IMG/VR virus record: IMGVR_UViG_3300001598_001658
Coordinates: 81,492-145,491 of that record
Strand: one strand, 5' to 3'
DNA: 64,000 bases
Origin: a virus
Taxonomy: Duplodnaviria; Caudoviricetes
Numbering within the stretch: the first letter of the stretch is position 1; every line of letters begins with the position of its first letter. The notes below the pieces were generated by a model. It saw nothing but the letters and a program-made list of their open reading frames with translations, had not been told where the DNA came from and did no database searches. Shown here one piece after another: positions 40,510-47,382 of the stretch. The translations under genes and the position numbers were made by a program.

Positions 40510-41355
40510 TTGTCTAGTTCTCGTATAGACACTGATCAATCAGAAATGCAGGCTGTCGAGGAATCTACCTATATGGTAGCCCTTGCAGAAGTTCCGACTT
40601 ACAATCCAAAACCAGACGCATTCCTCCTCTTCATTTTCTTATTCGCGATCGAGCCTCACCGCGCTCATAGGAATGCTGATTATTTATTTCTACTCCCTCA
40701 AGTATTCTATTTTCATAGCTTACTTAATATCTCTGTAGAAACTAACTGAATTCTACTTTCAAATGGATGGACTACGTTCCACTTTACTATTTCGAAGATT
40801 CTCAACGCATGCGAATTCTGCTACATACGTACATTATCAGCTGTCGCTGAATCTTATAAGGAATAATATAAACATTTGGGTCACTAATTTACTCGCCTCG
40901 TATAATTAACTCAGATTCATTGCTAATCATATAAAGTTTTCTAAAAGCCTTCTTCTGTTCCCATATTTGTCATTAAAATTAGATAAAGATAAAAATCGAT
41001 ATAAATATCAACGTTCATCTCTAGTCCGTCTAATTAATACTTGTCCGACATCAACAGAAGTATCGATGTCCTTAATCATAAAGTGCTTACCCAATGGCAT
41101 CACATTCCTTATGATAAGACTATTTGACGACAATAGCGCTGTTTCGAGCATGGTGCACTCCACCACAATCCATTCGAGTTGAAACAATTTAAAAATCATC
41201 TCTTTTAACACATCTCGTGATCTCGTTGTTTTCAGAGAATTGCTCGTTTCTCTATTACACCTTTTTACCACTTGATTCTTATGAACAGTCCAACGAACAT
41301 AAGCAGGACAACTATTGTGTGTAATACAAATCCCATCTAGCAGTGCCAGATGATT
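40510..41355 (-). ncRNA. Large structured ncRNA (GOLLD/ROOL-like class or new; may be two RNAs)
   Basis: About 850 nt with no RBS-led ORF and higher GC than the flanks; dense hairpins with several crossing pairings; runs from tRNA-Gln to the terminator. Confidence 0.65.
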
Positions 41356-41357
41356 AG

Positions 41358-41428
41358 CTCGGCCAGCAGGATTTGAACCCGCGAATTCGGCACCAAAAGC
41401 CGATGGCATACCGCTTACCGACAGCCGA
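41358..41428 (-). tRNA. tRNA-Gln(UUG)
   Basis: TCGGCTG/TGGCCGA acceptor; anticodon arm TCGGC-TTTTGGT-GCCGA; T arm GCGGG-TTCAAAT-CCTGC; no encoded CCA. Confidence 0.9.
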
Positions 41429-41441
41429 AAAAATAAAAAGC

Positions 41442-41540
41442 GAAGAGATAGCCGTTAAAAGAAGTCTACATCGTTTATTGCCTCCAAGAGCGTAACTACT
41501 CCTGTGTTTAATAACTATCTCTTCTAGCAGCAACGCTGCC
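41442..41540 (-). ncRNA. Spacer RNA D: end-paired structured RNA
   Basis: GAAGAGATAGTT...GGCTATCTCTTC 12-bp closing stem (G-U pairs favour the minus strand), preceded by a GGCAGC-GTT-GCTGCT hairpin and followed by a U-tract. Confidence 0.55.
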
Positions 41541-41543
41541 TAT

Positions 41544-41667
41544 CGGCCACTGTACGAATTGAACGCACACTTTTATATGCAAACAGGGCTTAAAGATTAC
41601 AACAGATACAGTAGAAGTATCTCTCTTAGTTTGCACATAATGTAGCTACCATTACTACCAAAAGGCC
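41544..41667 (-). ncRNA. tRNA-like RNA with a giant extended anticodon arm (124 nt)
   Basis: Acceptor GGCCTTT/AGTGGCC; D arm GTAG-TAATGGTAG-CTAC; T arm GTGCG-TTCAATT-CGTAC; anticodon arm is a 12-bp stem enclosing a 44-nt insert. Confidence 0.75.
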
Positions 41668-41679
41668 AAAAATAAAATA

Positions 41680-41752
41680 TGAATCGGATAACCGGAAAAT
41701 CAAAACCAAATTTATATAGGAGTCTAAATGACAAAGTTAGCTATCCGATTCA
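41680..41752 (-). ncRNA. Spacer RNA C: end-paired RNA with a large loop
   Basis: TGAATCGGATAGC...GTTATCCGATTCA 13-bp closing stem, followed by a U-rich tail. Confidence 0.55.
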
Positions 41753-41756
41753 AATA

Positions 41757-41829
41757 TGGGCCACCTAGGATTTGAACCTAGGACCAAAGGATTATGAGTC
41801 CCCTGCTCTAACCACTGAGCTAGTGGCCC
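41757..41829 (-). tRNA. tRNA with CAU anticodon, Ile2-type
   Basis: GGGCCAC-TA-GCTC-AGTGGTTA-GAGC-A-GGGGA-CTCATAA-TCCTT-TGGTC-CTAGG-TTCAAAT-CCTAG-GTGGCCC-A; resembles bacterial Ile2 more than Met tRNAs. Confidence 0.9.
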
Positions 41830-41834
41830 AAGAA

Positions 41835-41959
41835 ATGACAGCCTTGACATATTGTCTTCATCTGTCTGTAACCCCCGGAAAAGCGACACGATCGCATATA
41901 CATCGAATGCATATTGGTTATTCCTAGTTCTTGTATACATCCACGTGCAATCATGTCAT
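41835..41959 (-). ncRNA. Spacer RNA B: multibranched RNA
   Basis: ATGACA...TGTCAT closing stem; internal hairpins ATATGCAT-TCG-ATGTATAT and GCGAT-CGT-GTCGC. Confidence 0.5.
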
Positions 41960-42011
41960 ATACTACTATGCTCCAAATTCTTTTGAAGAGATTTATGTTG
42001 CATCGCATAGA

Positions 42012-42098
42012 TGCCGAGAACCAGACTTGAACTGGCACGCTGTTTGCACAGCAAGGGATTTTAAGTCCCTGGTGTCTACCAAATTCCACCATCTCGGC
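42012..42098 (-). tRNA. tRNA-Leu(UAA)
   Basis: GCCGAGA acceptor; AGGGA-CTTAAAA-TCCCT anticodon arm; long variable arm GCTGT-GCAA-ACAGC; T arm TTCAAGT. Confidence 0.95.
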
Positions 42099-42117
42099 TC
42101 AATTTTATTTTTTAAAT

Positions 42118-42159
42118 AAAAGGACAAGGAACACAGGAGGTTATGCGTATTCCTTGCCC
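42118..42159 (-). terminator. Terminator/attenuator hairpin between the HU-like gene and the RNA operon
   Basis: GGGCAAGGAA...TTCCTTGTCC-TTTT; the loop region contains ACCTCCT. Confidence 0.6.
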
Positions 42160-42191
42160 AAAGGAGTATTTAATGGAATGTTAGAAGATCA

Positions 42192-42539
42192 TTATTTGAT
42201 TTCTTTTCTTTCACATTTAAAACCAGTATTGGCGATTGCGACGAATTCCTGACGTGGTGTCATATGAACACCAATTGATGCAGATACTTCGTATTTGCGG
42301 CCCTTTTCATCTGTTTCTGTGTGAGCACCGAGATGCTTAAGTACAGTTGCACAGTGTGGATTTTTGATAACCAGTACATCATTTTCTTTAAGGTTTGGGG
42401 CTTCTTCTTTTGCAATGTCATCAGTGACTTTATTGAGCGCATTCAATACTTCCTGAGATGTGCTCTTAGGAATACCACAGTCTTTTTCAATTCTTTCATT
42501 AACCGAAGTCCAGTTAATTGTCTTTACATTTTCAGCCAT
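42192..42539 (-). CDS. HU/IHF-like histone-like DNA-binding protein
   Basis: Two N-terminal helices ('ERIEKDCGIPKSTSQEVLNAL'), a beta-arm and C-terminal 'HMTPRQEFVAIAN'; AGGAGG RBS. Confidence 0.65.
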   Translation of the reverse strand: MAENVKTINWTSVNERIEKDCGIPKSTSQEVLNALNKVTDDIAKEEAPNLKENDVLVIKNPHCATVLKHLGAHTETDEKGRKYEVSASIGVHMTPRQEFVAIANTGFKCERKEIK

Positions 42540-42685
42540 CTTTGGGCCTCCTCTTGTTTTATTTACGATTAGGGATATTAAATGACATTCAAATCCGAAA
42601 TCATATTATTATTTTATGTAATGTATAAAATTTTATACAATCACATTCTAAGAATAATATATAGATATTAATTATCTTATTTTTT

Positions 42686-42934
42686 TTAAACAATGAATAA
42701 TAAAACTCTACCTATAAGCATTATTGCGAAAAACAAAAATGTTGCTGTTAAGAAGATACTGATTCCAAATGCTGCTGGAATACTCATTTTTCGTCTTCTT
42801 CCGGTAAAATTTGCATTGTTTGGATTCTTAATATCGATATAAGTTTTTGTAGCTATAATACCTTTAACGATTCCAAATATGCATGCTATCATAATAGCTA
42901 AGCATACTACCCAATTCAAAATTTCAATTATCAT
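42686..42934 (-). CDS. Small two-TM membrane protein
   Basis: 82 aa with two hydrophobic helices; AGGAGG RBS; TATATTAT at 42968-42975. Confidence 0.75.
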   Translation of the reverse strand: MIIEILNWVVCLAIMIACIFGIVKGIIATKTYIDIKNPNNANFTGRRRKMSIPAAFGISIFLTATFLFFAIMLIGRVLLFIV

Positions 42935-43034
42935 TTCAAAATCCTCCTAATGATTTTGTATCAAACTATAATATACAAATAAAATTATATTATAATTTTC
43001 AATATATATTATTTGTTGAATGAGGTTTAAAAAT

Positions 43035-45740
43035 ATGGTAAAGATTAGAAGATTATATATAGAAAATTTTACGATTCTTAAAGAAGTAATGGGAAAAGAC
43101 AAAATGGAAATATCTTTCTCAGATAATCCATTATGTATAATTATTGGAAAGAACGGATCTGGTAAAAGTTTCTTAATGAGTTGGATTAGTCCAACACCTT
43201 TCGATTTAGTTAAAAATCGATCTGTAAATCCTGCGATCCCAGATAAAACTGGTATTAAAGAAATAGATCTTGAATTAGATGCAAAATATATCTATAAAAT
43301 AAAAATTATTTATGAAAAGAAAACATCTTGTTTTATTCATAAATATAATAGATATACTAATGAAGATCTTGGTGAATTAAATCCAAACGGTAATGTGACT
43401 TCGTATTATGACGTTCTTGAGAAAGAATTAGGATTTACAAAATCCTATATCAATATTGGTTATTTATCTGATAATGTAACAAATATTATTAGTATGAAAC
43501 CGGCGGAACGATCATCTTATATAAGCGTATGGTTACCACAGTTAAATGAATTTATTGATGCATATAAAGTTGTATCTAAAAAAGCAAATATTATCAATCG
43601 TCAAGTAAACATGCTTAATGCCGATATTGGTAAACTTTCGGATACAGATTATGATGTATTAATAACAAACTATACTACAAATATTGCTGAATTAGAAAAT
43701 TCATATCATGAATATTTAAAAATGCAGAGTAAAACTCAAGCATATTTAAATATTTTAAAACCTATTACTAGAGACGTTTTAGTATCAAAAATTGATATGT
43801 TCAAAAATAAAGTCAAACTTCTTAATCAAGAACGTATTGAAATAATGGATGCAAGAGCATTATTATCAAAATACTCTGGTAAAAATGGAAAGAAATTAAT
43901 GGAAGAAACGATTAATAAGTGTACCAATGATTTGGCTATACTTGGAACTAAGATCTCAAACATCGATTCAAATCTTTCTTCTATTGAAAGTGAAATGAAT
44001 GAAATAAATTCAAATAATCAAGAAATTGATGAATCAACATTTTTATCTATCGAATCAACTATTGAACATTTAAAATCTGAATTGGAATCTTTGAATAAAA
44101 CTAAAGATGATATTCTTAAAGAAAAACCTGAATATTCTGAAGTTGATAATATTGATAAAAGTGAAATAGATATTTTTAGATCTTTTATGGATGATCTTAA
44201 AGAATTAAGAAATAAAATTACTTCTTTAGTAGATTCATCTTATTTAAAAGATAATGAATATTTAAACTCATCAAATGATAAAATTATTCAGTTAAAAGAA
44301 ACTTATGAAAAGAATTTAGATAAATTAGAAGCTGATATATTATCTGTTTCAAATAAAATATATTTATTGAAAAATTCTGATATGAGTTATATGCTCAAAT
44401 TTAAACCAACCGATTGTACTCGCACGTGTGGTATTGTTCAAGAATTAATGAAATATGCAGATCCTAGAACAGAGATCGATAAAACTCAAAAACTCTTGGA
44501 TGGTTTGATTATTGAGAAAACCGAATTAAATAATAAGATCATTAAATTATCAGATGAATCTCATAATATGCTTCTTGCACTTGAATCTATTAACGAAATG
44601 AATCATAAGATTTTTAATCGTAAAGATCTCATTTCAAAGATGCCATCTGATATAAGAACTTTATTTGAAAATCCCGATATTTGTGTTATACTCACATCTA
44701 TTCCTACTTTATTAGATAAAACTGATGATTATAAAGAATATATTTATCTAAATGAAAAAATTGATACCACTGCTAAGTCTTTAGAAACATCAAGTATTAC
44801 TTTCAATTTATTGAAACAGAGAAAATCTATAAATGATAAATGGCTTAAACTTCATGAAAAATATGAAGAAATGAATAAAACACGAAGATTATTGATTGAT
44901 GAATTTACTCAGACAGAAAATAAAGAAAAACAGCTTAAAGCATTAAACGAACTCAATGAACGTAGCAATGCACAAATTGAGGAATATAATTCTAAAGCTG
45001 ATCTTTTAATTACTGAGAAAAAGACATTAAAAGAATTATCCAAAAATTATTATCTGTATAATTCATTTAAAGAATCTGATCGTAAATTAGAGATTTGTAT
45101 CTATCAAACAAAATCCGATCTTGATGGATTAAAATCAAAAATTGAAATCATTAAGAATAAAAAGAATTCAATGATGACACTTATCGAAAATAGAGATAAC
45201 CTCCTTAGAAAGAAAAAGAGATATGATATCTTGTCTGACGTTTGGAGTCCAAAAATTGGATATCCTGCTCTCCAGATGGAAGAATGGTTAGATGATCTCA
45301 CAATTCAAACAAATAGCGATTTGGAGAAAATGTGGGGATCAGAACTCAAAATTGAACAATTTAAGATTGGTGCTGATGAATTTAATATTTCTATTAATCG
45401 AAATGGTGAAATTATAGAGGATGCATCTGAATGTAGTGCTGGTGAAAGATCTACATTATCATTAGCAATTTCATTTGCAGTAATTGAAATTAACCTTAGA
45501 TATAGAAAATATAATATTCTTAGATTCGATGAATTAGATGGACCGTTTGATGCAGATAGACGAAAATCTTTTATTGACGTTTTGAATAATCGAATGGCAG
45601 ATCTTGATTGCGGTAGCGCGTTTATAATTTCACACAATAATGAATTTGGCGATACTCCGGCAGATGCAATTTTATTATCTGAAACAGAGGAGAAAGCAGA
45701 TTTTATAAATAAAACTATCGTATATAGTGCAAAAAAATAA
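43035..45740 (+). CDS. sbcC: SbcC/Rad50-like SMC ATPase (recombination nuclease subunit)
   Basis: Walker A GKNGSGKS, long coiled coil with a central Cys pair (CTRTC, hook-like), signature CSAGE, Walker B FDELDG, H-loop ISH. Confidence 0.9.
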   Translation: MVKIRRLYIENFTILKEVMGKDKMEISFSDNPLCIIIGKNGSGKSFLMSWISPTPFDLVKNRSVNPAIPDKTGIKEIDLELDAKYIYKIKIIYEKKTSCFIHKYNRYTNEDLGELNPNGNVTSYYDVLEKELGFTKSYINIGYLSDNVTNIISMKPAERSSYISVWLPQLNEFIDAYKVVSKKANIINRQVNMLNADIGKLSDTDYDVLITNYTTNIAELENSYHEYLKMQSKTQAYLNILKPITRDVLVSKIDMFKNKVKLLNQERIEIMDARALLSKYSGKNGKKLMEETINKCTNDLAILGTKISNIDSNLSSIESEMNEINSNNQEIDESTFLSIESTIEHLKSELESLNKTKDDILKEKPEYSEVDNIDKSEIDIFRSFMDDLKELRNKITSLVDSSYLKDNEYLNSSNDKIIQLKETYEKNLDKLEADILSVSNKIYLLKNSDMSYMLKFKPTDCTRTCGIVQELMKYADPRTEIDKTQKLLDGLIIEKTELNNKIIKLSDESHNMLLALESINEMNHKIFNRKDLISKMPSDIRTLFENPDICVILTSIPTLLDKTDDYKEYIYLNEKIDTTAKSLETSSITFNLLKQRKSINDKWLKLHEKYEEMNKTRRLLIDEFTQTENKEKQLKALNELNERSNAQIEEYNSKADLLITEKKTLKELSKNYYLYNSFKESDRKLEICIYQTKSDLDGLKSKIEIIKNKKNSMMTLIENRDNLLRKKKRYDILSDVWSPKIGYPALQMEEWLDDLTIQTNSDLEKMWGSELKIEQFKIGADEFNISINRNGEIIEDASECSAGERSTLSLAISFAVIEINLRYRKYNILRFDELDGPFDADRRKSFIDVLNNRMADLDCGSAFIISHNNEFGDTPADAILLSETEEKADFINKTIVYSAKK

Positions 45741-45744
45741 TTAA

Positions 45745-45771
45745 TATACCGGGATAAAATTCCCGGTATAT
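45745..45771. terminator. Terminator
   Basis: ATATACCGGGA-taaaat-TCCCGGTATAT plus T-tract. Confidence 0.8.
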
Positions 45772-45777
45772 TTTTTT

Positions 45778-45825
45778 AAATCCTATGAATCGTAATAAAC
45801 ACGTTTCTCAATCACATATTATATT
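45778..45825 (+). promoter_or_regulatory. Long conserved early-type promoter motif, copy 4
   Basis: AAATCCTATGAATCGTAATAAACACGTTTCTCAATCACATATTATATT. Confidence 0.65.
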
Positions 45826-45860
45826 GTGATAAAGGATATTAATAATATCCGAGGAGAAAA

Positions 45861-46088
45861 ATGATAAATAATAAATTATTCCGTTTCTTGAATTCATTAA
45901 ATGAAACATCCATTTTAATCGTGATGGCATATATTCGATTAAATGGTCGCTGTTCTACAACATTAAATCTTTGCTATCTTGATGTTCAGATTCTTAAGGG
46001 TTATTCAATTAAAAAAGAAGACTATCCATTTATCGAAGATTGGTATAGTAGAAATTACAATGAAGAGGACGAAAAAATTGCTGCGTGA
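45861..46088 (+). CDS. Small early hypothetical protein
   Basis: GAGGAG RBS, own promoter and terminator. Confidence 0.75.
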   Translation: MINNKLFRFLNSLNETSILIVMAYIRLNGRCSTTLNLCYLDVQILKGYSIKKEDYPFIEDWYSRNYNEEDEKIAA

Positions 46089-46098
46089 ATATAATAAA

Positions 46099-46123
46099 AG
46101 TAGCTGGATTTTAAATCCAGCTA
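46099..46123. terminator. Bidirectional terminator
   Basis: GTAGCTGGATTT-t-AAATCCAGCTAC. Confidence 0.75.
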
Positions 46124-46138
46124 CCTGCAGTAATTTTT

Positions 46139-46702
46139 TTACAATTCAAAATCGATTCCGCCAAATTCTAAAAGATCATTGGCATCATCAAGTTGTTGAG
46201 CTAATGTTTTTTCTTCAACGGTTGAAGCAAAAATATCATAAGCATGTGGTCTTTCAATTTTGTTTTGTTTTCTTATATTTTTTAACGGATCCTTCATAGT
46301 ATTTGCACTAGTATTAGTTGGCGTTAATAAAATAGCTTCAGCGGTAGAATCGAGATTTTCCTCATCAGAAATGAACGGATTAATCTTATCATCTTCTTTT
46401 TCAATAACAAGCGTTTTCTTATAAACGCGTTGATAAAGAATTTCCTCTGCTTTAAGCGCAGGGATTAAACCCATTTGCTTAAAATTTTTTGCTGTTTCAT
46501 TATGTTGCTTCACTAAAAAATATAAATCTTGATTTTGATCATCTCGCAAAACAACGTCAATGTCATTATTTAAAAGATTTATTATTTCCTTTATTTTTAT
46601 AGTACATCGACCTAAAGGACCGTATGCTTTTAAAGGAGGAATCCATTCGCCATATCTTACTCCTTCAACAGTCATAAAACCATCAGGATTTAAATTACTC
46701 AT
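46139..46702 (-). CDS. Hypothetical protein
   Basis: 187 aa; AAGGAGG RBS. Confidence 0.8.
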   Translation of the reverse strand: MSNLNPDGFMTVEGVRYGEWIPPLKAYGPLGRCTIKIKEIINLLNNDIDVVLRDDQNQDLYFLVKQHNETAKNFKQMGLIPALKAEEILYQRVYKKTLVIEKEDDKINPFISDEENLDSTAEAILLTPTNTSANTMKDPLKNIRKQNKIERPHAYDIFASTVEEKTLAQQLDDANDLLEFGGIDFEL

Positions 46703-46720
46703 AGATTACCTCCTTTATAT

Positions 46721-47308
46721 TTAGAGTTCATTTACAAGTTTGATCTTTTCAACAACTCTTGCACGATCTGCTTCAGAAAGATTGAAAATACCTTTAACAT
46801 TTGAAACGTTCTTTACGATACAAATGAATTCCTGAGCACGAGCCTTTGTTCTGAATTTAATTGCGGCAGCTGGATTTCTGAAAGCAAGTACCAAAAGTCT
46901 TTCGCATGTATAAACGAAAGAACCATTATGGCCACTTACTCCACGAATATCAACGCTGAATGAAACATCAGTATTTACATCACCTTTTGTTTCAATAACT
47001 GGTTCAGCGGCAATTTCGGCAGAAGTCTGTGTTACAACAGTTGGTTCATCGTTTGTTTTTGTTTCAGAAGAAGCATCGGTACCTGTTTCTGTAGACACTA
47101 TTGTTTCTTCTTTTGCTTTTGCAATAACAGTATCGATGTATTTGTTATACATTTCTGTTACAAATACACGACGTTTTTCTTCATCTGTTCCAACAGCTTT
47201 CATCTGTTCAATTTCGTCTGCTGTGAGTTCATTTTTTACAACAGTGATAATGTTTTTGAGCTTTGTAGTTTTGAGCTCTTCTTCTGTGAGTTTAACAATA
47301 TTAGCCAT
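46721..47308 (-). CDS. Hypothetical, probably abundant virion protein
   Basis: 195 aa; AAGGAG RBS; high-expression codons; T/E-rich linker. Confidence 0.7.
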   Translation of the reverse strand: MANIVKLTEEELKTTKLKNIITVVKNELTADEIEQMKAVGTDEEKRRVFVTEMYNKYIDTVIAKAKEETIVSTETGTDASSETKTNDEPTVVTQTSAEIAAEPVIETKGDVNTDVSFSVDIRGVSGHNGSFVYTCERLLVLAFRNPAAAIKFRTKARAQEFICIVKNVSNVKGIFNLSEADRARVVEKIKLVNEL

Positions 47309-47325
47309 TTTTTCTCCTTTATTTA

Positions 47326-47361
47326 AAATAGAGTATTCTCCATTATTAGGAGAATACTCTA
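47326..47361 (-). terminator. Hairpin/terminator after the acidic protein gene
   Basis: ATAGAGTATTCTCC-attatta-GGAGAATACTCTAT. Confidence 0.7.
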
Positions 47362-47382
47362 TATTTTTAAAAGTTATGATGA

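Noticed and set aside
40510-41355. tmRNA or RNase P RNA
   Set aside because: No Ala-type acceptor with T arm at the ends and no GAGGAAAGUCC RNase P motif seen; a permuted or divergent form cannot be excluded without covariance models.
41544-41667. Ordinary tRNA-Cys with an intron (UGCAAA in the stem)
   Set aside because: The GCA is base-paired and out of register with the D and T arms, and the discriminator is G rather than U.
40510-42119. ORF-track ORFs across the RNA operon (40510+, 40967+, 41008-, 41737-, 41820-, 41931+)
   Set aside because: No RBS, atypical codon use, and several overlap clear tRNAs.
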